DNA of 52,982 nucleotides from an uncultured Parabacteroides sp. (lineage in GTDB: Bacteria > Bacteroidota > Bacteroidia > Bacteroidales > Tannerellaceae), in the NCBI GenBank assembly GCA_964481365.1, contig CAYZTO010000001.1:23369-76350 (forward strand), written 5' to 3'. Positions 1-9,980 of this stretch are shown in pieces (position 1 is the first letter of the stretch; each line of letters begins with the position of its first letter). Position numbers and translations under genes: made by a program. The notes below the pieces were generated by a model. It was not told the origin of the DNA and did not search any database. It saw nothing but the letters and a program-made list of their open reading frames with translations.

Positions 1-1529
1 GCCGAAACTATCCCCCCGGCATAGCCCGCGCCCTCACCGCAGGGGTAAAGTCCTTCGATTTCGAGATGGCACAGGCTCTCCGGGTCCCGTGGGATGCGTA
101 CGGGCGAAGACGTGCGGGTTTCCACGCCTATCATCAATGCCTCGTTGGTGAGGAATCCGCGAGAATTTTGCCCGAACACCTTGAATCCCTCCCGCAGCCT
201 GCCTATGATGAACTCCGGCATCCATCGGTGCAGGGCAGACGGGGTAACGCCGGGCGTGTAGGAAGTCGGGGGGAGGTCAGACGAAACGCGCCCGCGCACG
301 AAATCCTCCATGCGCTGCGCCGGGGCAACCTGCGTCCTTCCGCCATGCTCCCATGCCATCCGCTCCAGATGTTCCTGCAGGTAGAGCAACCCCAAGACGG
401 AATCGGGGGGATTGCCCAAGTCCTTTGCCGGTACGATTAGCCCGCAATCCTCGGGGCGGATTTCCACTACCATCGCCGCGTTTGCCCACCGGGAACTGCG
501 CGTGGAGGGCGACATCCCGTTTACGACCACCTGCCCGCTTCCGCTTGCCGAGGGAACCACGAATCCGCCGGGACACATGCAAAACGAGTAAACGCCCCGC
601 CCCGCCACCTGCGTCACGAAACTGTATTCCGCTGCCGGGAGGTACCTGCCCCGCCCCGCCGGGTTGTGGTATTGTATCTTGTCTATCAGGCTCTGCGGAT
701 GCTCAAGCCTCACGCCCATCGCCATGCCCTTGCGCTCAAGCGCGATGTTGTTTTTGCATAAATAACGGTAAACGTCGCGTGCCGAGTGACCGGTGGCGAG
801 GATGACAGGTCCCGCGACTTCCATCCCCGATGCCGTATAGACCCCGGCAGCTTTGCCGCCGCCCAGCAGCAGCCCGTCCACCCGCTCGCCGAACCTCACC
901 TCGCCCCCGCACGACTCAATCCGGCGGCGGATATTCTCTATTACCTTCGGCAGTTTGTCTGTCCCGATGTGCGGATGCGCGTCGATGAGTATCGACGTGC
1001 TTGCCCCGTGCTGGCAAAGTACGCGGAGGACCTTCTCCACAGAGCCGCGCTTCTTGCTTCGCGTGAATAACTTCCCATCCGAGAAAGCCCCTGCCCCGCC
1101 TTCCCCGAAGCAATAGTTCGACTCGCCGTCCACGCGGTGTTCACGGCTGATGAGGGCGATGTCCCGCCTGCGCTCGTGCACGTTTTTCCCCCTTTCGAGG
1201 ACGACGGGGCGTATGCCAAGCTCAATCAACCTCAGGGCGGCGAACAGCCCGGCAGGTCCGGCTCCGACCACCACCGCTTGCGGGCGCGACGAAACGTCGG
1301 GGTATTCCACAGGTTCGAATGCCTCGTCGTCCGGGTCTTCATTTATAAAAATCCTTACCTTGAGGTTGATAAGCACATGGCGGCGGCGTGCGTCTATCGA
1401 TTTGCGGAGGATACGGACGGCGCGTATCGCCTTGGCGGGTTCGCCTGTCTCGCGCGAGACAGCTTCTTTTATCGCTTGCGTGTCGGCTGCCACTTCGGGC
1501 TGCACGCGGAGGGTAATTTCTTTAATCAT
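1..1529 (-). CDS. NAD(P)/FAD-dependent oxidoreductase (COG2509-like), 3' end runs off the window
   Basis: Absent from the ORF track, so I translated it by hand from ATG at 1529: MIKEITLRVQ...VVVGAGPAGLFAAL (Rossmann)...FGEGGAGAFSDGKL...YSFCMCPGG...GVETRTSSPVRIPR...LYPCGEGAGYAGGIVS. The frame stays open to base 1. Confidence 0.9.
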   Translation of the reverse strand, partial: MIKEITLRVQPEVAADTQAIKEAVSRETGEPAKAIRAVRILRKSIDARRRHVLINLKVRIFINEDPDDEAFEPVEYPDVSSRPQAVVVGAGPAGLFAALRLIELGIRPVVLERGKNVHERRRDIALISREHRVDGESNYCFGEGGAGAFSDGKLFTRSKKRGSVEKVLRVLCQHGASTSILIDAHPHIGTDKLPKVIENIRRRIESCGGEVRFGERVDGLLLGGGKAAGVYTASGMEVAGPVILATGHSARDVYRYLCKNNIALERKGMAMGVRLEHPQSLIDKIQYHNPAGRGRYLPAAEYSFVTQVAGRGVYSFCMCPGGFVVPSASGSGQVVVNGMSPSTRSSRWANAAMVVEIRPEDCGLIVPAKDLGNPPDSVLGLLYLQEHLERMAWEHGGRTQVAPAQRMEDFVRGRVSSDLPPTSYTPGVTPSALHRWMPEFIIGRLREGFKVFGQNSRGFLTNEALMIGVETRTSSPVRIPRDPESLCHLEIEGLYPCGEGAGYAGGIVS

Positions 1530-1535
1530 GACGGC

Positions 1536-2006
1536 TTACCATTTATAAAGTTCGCGGAAATTCGACTGGCGGTTACGCTTCCGGTATTCAGAAGGGGGCA
1601 TCCCCGTCGTGCGGATATAAAACTGCGTGAAGGAATTTGTCTTTTTGAACCCGCAGCGCTTCGCGATTTCGGCATGCGGGAGGTCTGTCGATGCCAGCAG
1701 CTCATTGGCGAGGCATATTTTGTACCGGTTCAGGAAGATGCGCGTGAGCATCCCGGTGCGGAACTTGAAAATCGCGTTCAGGTCGTCTATCGTGATGCCA
1801 AGTTCGCCCGCCAACGTTTTCACGGATGGTACATCCTGCGTGGCTAGGCGTTCCGACACGCAGTCGAGCACCGCATCCCCCACTTTCGTCGGCTCGACGG
1901 GTATCTCTTCCCTGCGCGTCCAACCTTCGTTGCCCTCTACGAGCCTCGCCTTCAGCCGCGTGGTGTAAAGCGACTCCGGCGTTATTTTGCCTAACTTCTT
2001 TTCCAT
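1536..2006 (-). CDS. Small AraC-family helix-turn-helix protein with no recognisable sensor domain
   Basis: AraC C-terminal signature: LAGELGIT...LNAIFKFRTG...ELLASTDLPHAEIAKRCGF...FTQFYIRTTGMPPSEYR. Confidence 0.85.
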   Translation of the reverse strand: MEKKLGKITPESLYTTRLKARLVEGNEGWTRREEIPVEPTKVGDAVLDCVSERLATQDVPSVKTLAGELGITIDDLNAIFKFRTGMLTRIFLNRYKICLANELLASTDLPHAEIAKRCGFKKTNSFTQFYIRTTGMPPSEYRKRNRQSNFRELYKW

Positions 2007-2031
2007 CCTGTTTTTGTATTTTTTTGCCCTG

Positions 2032-2039
2032 CAAAGGTA
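2032..2039 (-). promoter_or_regulatory. Bacteroidetes -7 promoter element TACCTTTG for the AraC gene
   Basis: Matches the TAnnTTTG consensus about 25 nt upstream of the ATG at 2006. Confidence 0.65.
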
Positions 2040-2063
2040 ATGCTTTTAATATAAATAAATAAT

Positions 2064-2147
2064 GCTTTTTCGTGACAACGCAGTGGTGCAGCGTCATAAA
2101 AGAAAGCATTTCCGTGACAACGCGGGAGATAGGTGTCACGAAATTTC
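2064..2147. repeat. Four 21-bp units in alternating orientation, core TTTCGTGACA
   Basis: GTGAC at 2072, GTCAT at 2093, GTGAC at 2114 and GTCAC at 2135, an exact 21-bp step. CGTGACAACGC occurs at both 2071 and 2113. Confidence 0.8.
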
Positions 2148-2157
2148 ATTTTCCTGT

Positions 2158-2183
2158 CCGGAAGAAGACCCTCTTCTTGCCGG
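2158..2183 (-). terminator. Stem-loop downstream of radA
   Basis: CCGGAAGAAGA-ccc-TCTTCTTGCCGG inverted repeat. No clear U-tract. Confidence 0.45.
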
Positions 2184-2214
2184 AAGGATGCCCGGGAAGC
2201 CTGCCTGCCCCCCG

Positions 2215-3594
2215 CTACCCGAACAACTGGCGGAAAGCTTCTTCCACCTTGCGCACCTTCACTATTCGGATGCGGCATTTCGACGTGTCGAAGCCTTTCA
2301 GGTTGTTGTTCGGGACAAGGATACGTGTGAATCCGAGCTTCTCCGCCTCTGAAATGCGCTGCTCGATTCGGTTTACGGGGCGGATTTCACCGCTCAGCCC
2401 TACTTCGCCCGCCATGCAGGTGCCCGGCTCGATGGTGATGTCCAAACTCGACGAGAGGATTGCCGCAAGGACGGCAAGGTCGATGGCGGGGTCGTTCACG
2501 CGCAGCCCCCCGGCGATGTTCAGGAACACGTCTTTCTGGACGAGCTTGAACCCGGCACGTTTTTCGAGCACGGCAAGGAGCATGTTCATCCGCCGGAGGT
2601 CGAAACCGGTCGCGCTACGTTGGGGCACGCCGTACACGGCACTGCTCACAAGCCCTTGCGTTTCAATCAGGAACGGACGCACCCCTTCTATGGCTGCGGC
2701 AATGGCAACGCCGCTCAGCCCCTCGTGGTTTTGTGTCAAAAGAAGTTCGGACGGGTTGCTCACCTCGCGGAGCCCCTCCCTGCGCATTTCGTAGATGCCA
2801 AGCTCCGAAGTGCTTCCGAAGCGGTTCTTTATGCTGCGGAGGATACGGTACATATAATGTTGATCGCCTTCGAACTGGAGGACTGTATCGACGATGTGTT
2901 CGAGGACTTTCGGCCCCGCGATGCTCCCCTCCTTGTTGATATGGCCTATGAGCAGCACGGGTGTGCCGTTCTCCTTGGCAAAACGGAGTATGGCTGAGCT
3001 GCATTCCCTCACCTGCGAAACACTTCCGGGCGAAGATTCCACCAAGTCGGTGTAAATCGTCTGTATCGAGTCCACAACCACCAAGTCGGGGCTAATAGTC
3101 CGGGCATGCTCGAATATTCTTTCGAGGTTTGTCTCGCACAGGATGTAAAGCGCGTCCGATGCTGCCATGCCGAGGCGGTCGGCGCGGAGTTTCAGCTGCT
3201 TGTTGCTTTCCTCGCCCGACACATAGAGGATGCGCAAGCCCCCGAGCTTCAAGACGGTCTGCAGCACGAGGGTGGATTTGCCAATCCCTGGTTCACCGCC
3301 AATAAGCACGAGGGAACCTCGCACCAATCCCCCTCCGAGGACGCGGTTCAGCTCGCCGTCGCGGAGGTCGATACGTTCCTCTTCCTCGGCAGCGATGTCG
3401 CGCAAACGGACAGGACGAGCCTTTTCCCCTGGAACGGGAAGACCCGCCGTTGCGCGAGACTTCGCCGGCGGGTCTTTCGAAACTATTTCTTCTACGTAAG
3501 TATTCCATTCCCCGCAATTCGGACATTTGCCGAGCCATTTCGGGGAGTCTGCCCCGCAGTTGGAGCATACGTAAACTGTTTTTGCTTTAGCCAT
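2215..3594 (-). CDS. radA: DNA repair protein RadA/Sms
   Basis: Zn finger CSNC...CPNC, Walker A GGEPGIGKST, KNRFG motif, Lon-like C-terminus (GEVGLSGEIR). Confidence 0.97.
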   Translation of the reverse strand: MAKAKTVYVCSNCGADSPKWLGKCPNCGEWNTYVEEIVSKDPPAKSRATAGLPVPGEKARPVRLRDIAAEEEERIDLRDGELNRVLGGGLVRGSLVLIGGEPGIGKSTLVLQTVLKLGGLRILYVSGEESNKQLKLRADRLGMAASDALYILCETNLERIFEHARTISPDLVVVDSIQTIYTDLVESSPGSVSQVRECSSAILRFAKENGTPVLLIGHINKEGSIAGPKVLEHIVDTVLQFEGDQHYMYRILRSIKNRFGSTSELGIYEMRREGLREVSNPSELLLTQNHEGLSGVAIAAAIEGVRPFLIETQGLVSSAVYGVPQRSATGFDLRRMNMLLAVLEKRAGFKLVQKDVFLNIAGGLRVNDPAIDLAVLAAILSSSLDITIEPGTCMAGEVGLSGEIRPVNRIEQRISEAEKLGFTRILVPNNNLKGFDTSKCRIRIVKVRKVEEAFRQLFG

Positions 3595-3610
3595 AATTAT
3601 CAGGAAAGTA

Positions 3611-5830
3611 TTATTCGTACCAGACGGGTCCGGGCTGTGGTCCCATCTCCAATTCGACTGTTGCTCCGCTCATAATTAGGTCGTGGGTGAGGTAACTTTT
3701 CTTGTAAGGCTCCCCGTTCACCTTGACGGATTGTATGTAGATGTTCTCCCTGCTGACGCCCGGGGCATCGACAATGAATATTTTGCCGTTTGGCAGCTCC
3801 AGCTCGATGTACGGGAACATCGGCGTGCCGATTTCATATTGCCCGCTCACCGGATTGACGGGATAGAACCCCATCGCGCTGAAAACATACCATGCAGACA
3901 TCTGCCCGCAGTCTTCGTTACCGCAAAGACCTCCCGGCTCTTTGGTGTACAACTCGTGCATTACCTTGGCGGCATACTGCTGCGTCTTCCACGGCTGCTT
4001 TACTTTGTTGAAGAGGTATATCACGTGGTGGCTCGGCTCGTTGCCGTGTGCGTATTGCCCTATCATGCCGGTGCTGAAGATAGGCAACTCCTCGCCGGAG
4101 TCCGGCGTATAGGTGAACATGCTGTCGAGACGTTGGGCGAAACGCTCCTCCCCGCCAACAAGACGGATTAAACCGTCTATGTCATGCTGCACCGACCAGA
4201 AATATTGCCAGCCGTTGCTTTCACAGATGTCCTCGGTATATTCTTCAGCCTTGAAATCTTTGGCGAAGTTGCCCTTCTCGTCGCGCGGCTGCATAAACGA
4301 TGTGGCTGGATTGAAAACGTTGCGATAATTCCCCGAACGCGAGTAGAATTCCTTCGCAATCTCGGCTTTTCCCATCTTCTCTGCCATGAGGGCGATGCAA
4401 TAGTCGTCGAAAGCATATTCCAATGTTTTGGAGAGCGACCAGTTCTTCCAAAGTTTGGGGTCGCTATATGCCGGGACATACCCCAGCGACTTATACTCGC
4501 CTATTCCGTTATAATCGTCCCTCTCAGCCGATGCTACGCAAGCCTCCAAAGCCAACTCTGCATCGAAATCCCCGATGCCTTTAAGGTAAGCATCCACGAT
4601 TACCGGGACAGCGTGATAACCAATCATCATGTTCGTTTCCCAGCCATAGAGATTCCAAAGAGGCAAAGCCCCGCTCTCTTTGTAGAAAGCAAGGAAGCAC
4701 TTAATCATGTCGTTGGTACGTTCGGGCTGTATGTACGTGAACAACGGATGGGACGCGCGGAATGTGTCCCACAAGGAGAAGGTAGAATAATTGGTCCAGC
4801 CCGCTGTCTTGTGAATCTTCCGGTCGGCTCCCATGTAAGAACCATCCACGTCGCTATAAATTGTCGGGGCAAGCATGGTATGATACAATGCGGTGTAGAA
4901 TACCGCCATGTCATCGGCAGAGCCGCCTTCTACCTTTATCTTGCCAAGCTGGGCATTCCAGTTGGAAACCGCTTGGGCGTAGTAGAAATCGAAGTCATCT
5001 TTCGGCGCTTCCGTTTGGAGATTGATGGCAGCCCCCTCCATGCTGACTCCGGACAATGCCGTGGTAACGAGGATTTGCTCATCTTTCTCTGTGTTGAAGT
5101 CGAAGCGGGCGATATAGGCTGTTCCAATCATGCCTTTTTCTTTTGTTGTAATGTCAGTCTTGTCGATTGTATAGTCGTCGAATGGCTTGGAGAAACGGGT
5201 TTGGAAATAAACGTGCTGCTCAGGCGACCATCCTTGGGAAATGCGGTAACCGCGAATGGTGCATGAATCGACTACCTCGATATACGAATCAAGCGTGAAA
5301 TCCCAATTCATCGCTTTCTTCAGATTCAAGATAACCGAAGACTCTGCCTTGGGGAACGTGTAACGCTGGATACCGCAATGCTCGGTTGCTGTCAATTCTA
5401 CATTTATATTATAGTCTTTCAGAAGAACGCGATAGTAACCTGCGGAGGCATATTCATCGTTGTGCGAAAAAGAAGAATAGATTCCCAATGGCGGTTCAGC
5501 TTCTTTATACGGGCGGGTTACCGGCATGAACATAATATCGTAAAGGTCGCCTGCCCCGGTTCCGGACAAATGTGTATGGCTGAATCCGGCAATCGTGCTA
5601 TCAGGATAATAATAGCCGGAAATGCGATTCCAACCCGGAAGCCCATTATCCGGACTCAGCTGGACAGCCCCGAATGGAACTTGTGCGCCGGGATAAGTAT
5701 TCCCGGTAAAGTCTGTCCCGATTAACGGATTGACATATTGAGCGAACTCTGAAGAAACTTTTATTTCCTGCTTAGGCGAACATGCTGCCAAGATTAACAA
5801 AGAAGCAGTTGCAATTAAATTGTGTTTCAT
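3611..5830 (-). CDS. GH92 alpha-1,2-mannosidase family lipoprotein
   Basis: YVNPLIGT..GNTYPGA, FSHTHLSGTG, FSLWDTFR, HGNEPSHH, GNEDCGQMSAWY. Start moved to MKHNL (5830), followed by lipobox LILAAC, with TACTTTTG at 5864-5857. Confidence 0.93.
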   Translation of the reverse strand: MKHNLIATASLLILAACSPKQEIKVSSEFAQYVNPLIGTDFTGNTYPGAQVPFGAVQLSPDNGLPGWNRISGYYYPDSTIAGFSHTHLSGTGAGDLYDIMFMPVTRPYKEAEPPLGIYSSFSHNDEYASAGYYRVLLKDYNINVELTATEHCGIQRYTFPKAESSVILNLKKAMNWDFTLDSYIEVVDSCTIRGYRISQGWSPEQHVYFQTRFSKPFDDYTIDKTDITTKEKGMIGTAYIARFDFNTEKDEQILVTTALSGVSMEGAAINLQTEAPKDDFDFYYAQAVSNWNAQLGKIKVEGGSADDMAVFYTALYHTMLAPTIYSDVDGSYMGADRKIHKTAGWTNYSTFSLWDTFRASHPLFTYIQPERTNDMIKCFLAFYKESGALPLWNLYGWETNMMIGYHAVPVIVDAYLKGIGDFDAELALEACVASAERDDYNGIGEYKSLGYVPAYSDPKLWKNWSLSKTLEYAFDDYCIALMAEKMGKAEIAKEFYSRSGNYRNVFNPATSFMQPRDEKGNFAKDFKAEEYTEDICESNGWQYFWSVQHDIDGLIRLVGGEERFAQRLDSMFTYTPDSGEELPIFSTGMIGQYAHGNEPSHHVIYLFNKVKQPWKTQQYAAKVMHELYTKEPGGLCGNEDCGQMSAWYVFSAMGFYPVNPVSGQYEIGTPMFPYIELELPNGKIFIVDAPGVSRENIYIQSVKVNGEPYKKSYLTHDLIMSGATVELEMGPQPGPVWYE

Positions 5831-5871
5831 GTTTATATTATTTTTTTTGTTGCGGGCAAAAGTACGAAAAT

Positions 5872-6567
5872 TCATAATCTCACCAACAAATCATTTGCCA
5901 AAACAATAAGGAGCACGACAACGATAATGGCATAAGATATGATATGCTTCTGCTTGACAGAATATAATTCCGCAGGTTTATCCACAAACGGCTTTACCCT
6001 TTCCTTTAACCATAAGGTACGGACCTTTGCATAAATGATGTAAACTACATATCCAAAGAAAAGACCCGACAATGCCCCGGGAATAATGTCGGAAATGAAA
6101 TGCACTCCCAAATAAATCCGACTGTACGCCGTGAGAAGTGCCCATAAAAAAACTGTTACTCCAAATAATTTATCACGGAACAGTAATGCCATAAACATGG
6201 CAAAGCCAAAAGCATTGGCTGCATGACTCGATATAAAACCGTACAATCCTCCTTTATAATCGAAGACCGTTTTCACCACATTCTGGAAATCCGGATGATG
6301 CGTGGGACGAAAACGTTGAAAATAATCCTTGCAAAATCCTGACGCAAATTGGTCGCACAATGTTACTACTAAGGCAATAGCCAAAAGTATCAGCAAATTC
6401 TCTCTCCAATCTTTCTTATAGACCAAAACAACGATAATAAAAACAGCTAACGGCAACCACACAACCTTTCCTGTATAAATCCAAAAGAAATTATCCCAGA
6501 AAGGAGTATGGTTGCCGTTAAGAGCAAGGAACACCTCACGTTCGTAAGACAACAAACGTTCCAGCAT
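5872..6567 (-). CDS. PAP2 family membrane phosphatase
   Basis: KDYFQRFRP, SSHAANAF and SRIYLGVHFISD motifs, plus hydrophobic segments. Confidence 0.92.
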   Translation of the reverse strand: MLERLLSYEREVFLALNGNHTPFWDNFFWIYTGKVVWLPLAVFIIVVLVYKKDWRENLLILLAIALVVTLCDQFASGFCKDYFQRFRPTHHPDFQNVVKTVFDYKGGLYGFISSHAANAFGFAMFMALLFRDKLFGVTVFLWALLTAYSRIYLGVHFISDIIPGALSGLFFGYVVYIIYAKVRTLWLKERVKPFVDKPAELYSVKQKHIISYAIIVVVLLIVLANDLLVRL

Positions 6568-6570
6568 CAG

Positions 6571-7338
6571 CTAAATTTTTACAATATCTTTGGTCGGCAT
6601 CCAACCTTCGTTGCCATCTTCGAGCGAGATTTCGCTCCATTCCCCCAATGTGCTTTGAATTGTAACTTTCGTGCCTTCGTGAATGATAAACAGGTCTGTC
6701 CCACTATTGTCTGGAGAACTTTTAACTGTCACTGTAGGTGAAAAGACAATAGCTTCAGAGCGTTCAGTTAATTCATTAGCTTGATTCGAAGCGAAAATAT
6801 TTGTTACAACCACAATAACTATTAGCAATACGGCAAAATAGAAACCAATTTGTTTGAATTTCCGCTTCCGGGAGAAAAAGAATACACTTAAACAAACAAG
6901 ACATAGCAAAAAACAGGCAATTCCGATTTTTCCCCACCGGTCGGCCGATGCTAAATCCTGCAATGAATGAAACCATTCCACAAGGAAAAATTCTCCTATA
7001 GGCTCAATATTATCCACAGAACGCTGCCGAGCCATTTGCAAGTTGAAACGTACATCCCTATCCCCTGGAGACAAAAGCAAAGCCCGTTCATAATTCAGAA
7101 TAGCCGGAGCAATCTGTCCGTCTTTATAATAAGCATTCCCTAAATTGTAATAAACTGCTGCTGACTCTCCATTATTCTCCAACAAGTCCTCATACAAATC
7201 AATAGCAGTTTTATAGTCTCCTTTCGTATAAGCAACTTCCGCTTCTTTAATAGCGGTATCTTGCGCCATCAATGGAAAAGCAAGGCACATGAATAGAGAA
7301 AATATCCAATGTTTCATATCTTTAGCCAATTTGTTCAT
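6571..7338 (-). CDS. batE: BatE, TPR + C-terminal SH3-like domain
   Basis: TPR YYNLGNAYYK...AILNYERALLL, TM segments, C-terminal HEGTKV...GW. Last gene of the bat cluster. Alternative start at 7317. Confidence 0.9.
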   Translation of the reverse strand: MNKLAKDMKHWIFSLFMCLAFPLMAQDTAIKEAEVAYTKGDYKTAIDLYEDLLENNGESAAVYYNLGNAYYKDGQIAPAILNYERALLLSPGDRDVRFNLQMARQRSVDNIEPIGEFFLVEWFHSLQDLASADRWGKIGIACFLLCLVCLSVFFFSRKRKFKQIGFYFAVLLIVIVVVTNIFASNQANELTERSEAIVFSPTVTVKSSPDNSGTDLFIIHEGTKVTIQSTLGEWSEISLEDGNEGWMPTKDIVKI

Positions 7339-7341
7339 TCT

Positions 7342-9156
7342 TCACTTCTTTATGGTATTTTCCATTTTCCCGATTGCATCAACAGTCAAAGTATATAGCT
7401 TATCCATTGCATCGGATGCCTGAGATGGTGCATAACGCGCAAATTCACATGTATTCAAGATGTCCATAAACTCTTTCATCAATATTTCATCAACACCATA
7501 TTTCGTGAGTTCCGCTTCTACATTATCTTTCGTGAGTTCCGCCTGTGGAATATTAAGCTTGTCACTCAGATAACCCCACAACGCCCTGAGAACTTCGTCA
7601 TAAAATTCCTCTTTCTTGTTTTCTTTCATCAATTTACCAGCATTCTTCAGACGTTTCACAGCGATTTTATTTGCTTTTTTGGTACGAACGCGTGCCACAT
7701 CTGCATTCTCTTTTATTTGCTTACGGTACAATACGGAAAATATTATGAACAAGAGAAGTGGCACTAAATACCACAAAATATAAGATAAGGAACCCACAAA
7801 CAAATCTTTGCCTTTAGGAGAGAAATGGAAACCATCCGTTTTCAAATAACGAATATCCTTGCCCAAGAATTTGACATTCTCTTTATTAGTTGAAAAATTG
7901 GCAACAACAGGAGCATCACCTTCATTTCCTTCACCTTTTTCAACATGAAGCTGGTAAGGCTCAGATTTTATTGTTCTATAAGAATTTGTTTTCACATCGA
8001 AATAAGAAAACTCTATTGCAGGTATCTCAAAGTCGCCCGCATAGCGGGGAATAGCCATATATTCTATGGTCTTCGTACCACTTACACCGGACGTAGTAGT
8101 CTTGCTGCTAATATCAACCTTAGGATCATATATTTCAAAATCATTCGGAAATTGAACCTCCGGATTCTTTACTAACTTCAGATTACCACTCCCACTTATT
8201 GTAACTTTTACCGTAACAGCTTCATTTGTCTTCAGATTATTTGTGCTAATATTTGAAGACATAGAGAATGTTCCCACAGCCCCCGAAAATGAGGCTGGTT
8301 TACCAGAAGGCAGTGGCTTTACATTAATTGTTACAGGAGATGTTGTCAATTTCTTATTCACTTCTTGGTAAGCGTCGAAGAAATCATCGAATATGCTACG
8401 TATTTTTCGTTGAGTTGCAACTGGTATTACTGCATCTACTTCACCACCGTCTATTTTTATCTCACCTGATCGTTGCGGATACAAAACAGTCTGCTTTAGC
8501 GTTACAGTAAAATAGTTTCTCCCATTATAATTATCCTTTTCCCATTGCTTTTGTTCCGGCAAATCAACCTCCTGCGCCAAAAATCCAGCAAAATCAGGAA
8601 ACTTAGCCCTACTCAAATTACACGGACGGGCTGCGTAAAGTTTAAATGTAACCAATAAACCTTCTTGCTCATAAACATCCCTGTCGGAGACTATCATACG
8701 GATAAAAAAGTCATCCTTTCCAATAGATGTTGCATTATCTTCCCCATCAGAGGTATTAGACTTTGCTGTTTTATCTTCAGGAAGAACCCTAATAGTTAAT
8801 TCATTAGAAGTGTAGTTCGCTCCATTTACTTTTACTGTTGCAGGTGCTATTTGAAACGTGCCTTCTTTCTTGGGCATCAATATATAAGTAAAACTAACAG
8901 TAGTTTCACTGGTACTTTCACCATTAACCCAACTACTGCTATGGGATACGGATTGAGAAGGTCCCATCAAAACATCAAAATCAGGCATAGACTGCACCCG
9001 TAAGTCCTTTGCTTCAGCATTCACAGTGTAAGTGAGACGGAATTGCTCACCCATAGCCACAGTCGAAGGTGCAGATGCTTTGAATGTGATATCGTTCGCT
9101 GCTTGCATCCATCCAACCGAAAGCAAAAGGACGAAGTAGAAAACCAATTTTCTCAT
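7342..9156 (-). CDS. batD: BatD family protein
   Basis: Signal peptide, GEQFRLTYTVN, FSGAVG, FEIYDPK, C-terminal CEFARYAP. Position in the operon. Confidence 0.92.
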   Translation of the reverse strand: MRKLVFYFVLLLSVGWMQAANDITFKASAPSTVAMGEQFRLTYTVNAEAKDLRVQSMPDFDVLMGPSQSVSHSSSWVNGESTSETTVSFTYILMPKKEGTFQIAPATVKVNGANYTSNELTIRVLPEDKTAKSNTSDGEDNATSIGKDDFFIRMIVSDRDVYEQEGLLVTFKLYAARPCNLSRAKFPDFAGFLAQEVDLPEQKQWEKDNYNGRNYFTVTLKQTVLYPQRSGEIKIDGGEVDAVIPVATQRKIRSIFDDFFDAYQEVNKKLTTSPVTINVKPLPSGKPASFSGAVGTFSMSSNISTNNLKTNEAVTVKVTISGSGNLKLVKNPEVQFPNDFEIYDPKVDISSKTTTSGVSGTKTIEYMAIPRYAGDFEIPAIEFSYFDVKTNSYRTIKSEPYQLHVEKGEGNEGDAPVVANFSTNKENVKFLGKDIRYLKTDGFHFSPKGKDLFVGSLSYILWYLVPLLLFIIFSVLYRKQIKENADVARVRTKKANKIAVKRLKNAGKLMKENKKEEFYDEVLRALWGYLSDKLNIPQAELTKDNVEAELTKYGVDEILMKEFMDILNTCEFARYAPSQASDAMDKLYTLTVDAIGKMENTIKK

Positions 9157-9225
9157 CTATCTATTTATATGTTTTATTGTCTTTATTCTACAAAACTTTT
9201 TACTTTACTTTTCTTCCAAGAGAAA

Positions 9226-9978
9226 TCACCATTGTTTATCTGTCTTACGACGTTGTTGCTGTTGCATTTGTGCCTTCTTCACTTTTTCTTGGGTATCTTT
9301 TTCATCTTGCAAGAAAGCATCCAAAATCTGTTGAGCATTATCTTGACTCATCTGCTCATCGGGTTGTTGTTGCTCCTGTGTTTTATCCTGGTTCTGATTT
9401 TGTTGCTGTTGTTCTTGCTGCTGCTGATTTTGTTGATTCTGATTCTCATCGTTCTTATCTTGGTTCTCTTGGTTCTGTTGATCCTGATTTTGCTCTTGCT
9501 GTTGTTGGTCATTCAACAATTTTTGAGCCAACGCTAAATTATAGCGGGTTTCATTATCATGCGGGTTCAGACGCAGAGACTGCTTATACGCTTCCACGCT
9601 TTTAGCATATTCTTTTCCATTCATAAAAATGTTTCCGACATTGTGATATACTTGGGACAATCTTGCTGTGCCTTCAGGTGTCTCTTTCATGCGTTCACCT
9701 TGCCCTATTAAAAGTTGGTATTGCTCTGCCGCCTCTGGGAATTTCTGCTGTTTATAAAGCGTATTTCCCAAATTATATGTCCCTTCAATAGAGTTTGCAT
9801 TTACTTCCAATGCCTTACGGTATTCAATTTCGGATTCCGTATATTTTTCAGATTGATACAAATCATTCCCGGCACGCACATGCTCTCTTTCCGCTTTTTG
9901 GGCAAACAACATATTACATACTATCAAAAAAGCTACAACGCAGACTGTTTTCTGTATATGTCTCATCATTTTTTCCAT
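9226..9978 (-). CDS. batC: BatC, TPR protein with Gln-rich linker
   Basis: TPR motifs, RYNLALAQK, Q/N-rich tract, terminal DKQW. Confidence 0.92.
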   Translation of the reverse strand: MEKMMRHIQKTVCVVAFLIVCNMLFAQKAEREHVRAGNDLYQSEKYTESEIEYRKALEVNANSIEGTYNLGNTLYKQQKFPEAAEQYQLLIGQGERMKETPEGTARLSQVYHNVGNIFMNGKEYAKSVEAYKQSLRLNPHDNETRYNLALAQKLLNDQQQQEQNQDQQNQENQDKNDENQNQQNQQQQEQQQQNQNQDKTQEQQQPDEQMSQDNAQQILDAFLQDEKDTQEKVKKAQMQQQQRRKTDKQW

Positions 9979-9980
9979 CT

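Noticed and set aside
34-1968. Many short overlapping ORFs in the track
   Set aside because: They are GC-rich shadow frames of the oxidoreductase and AraC genes on the minus strand.
2061-2145. Invertible promoter
   Set aside because: The inverted repeats do not flank the -7 element, are imperfect and closely spaced, and no recombinase is nearby.
9177-9605. Leu/Val-rich plus-strand ORFs and CAA/CAG-type low complexity
   Set aside because: This is the antisense of the BatC Gln-rich linker.
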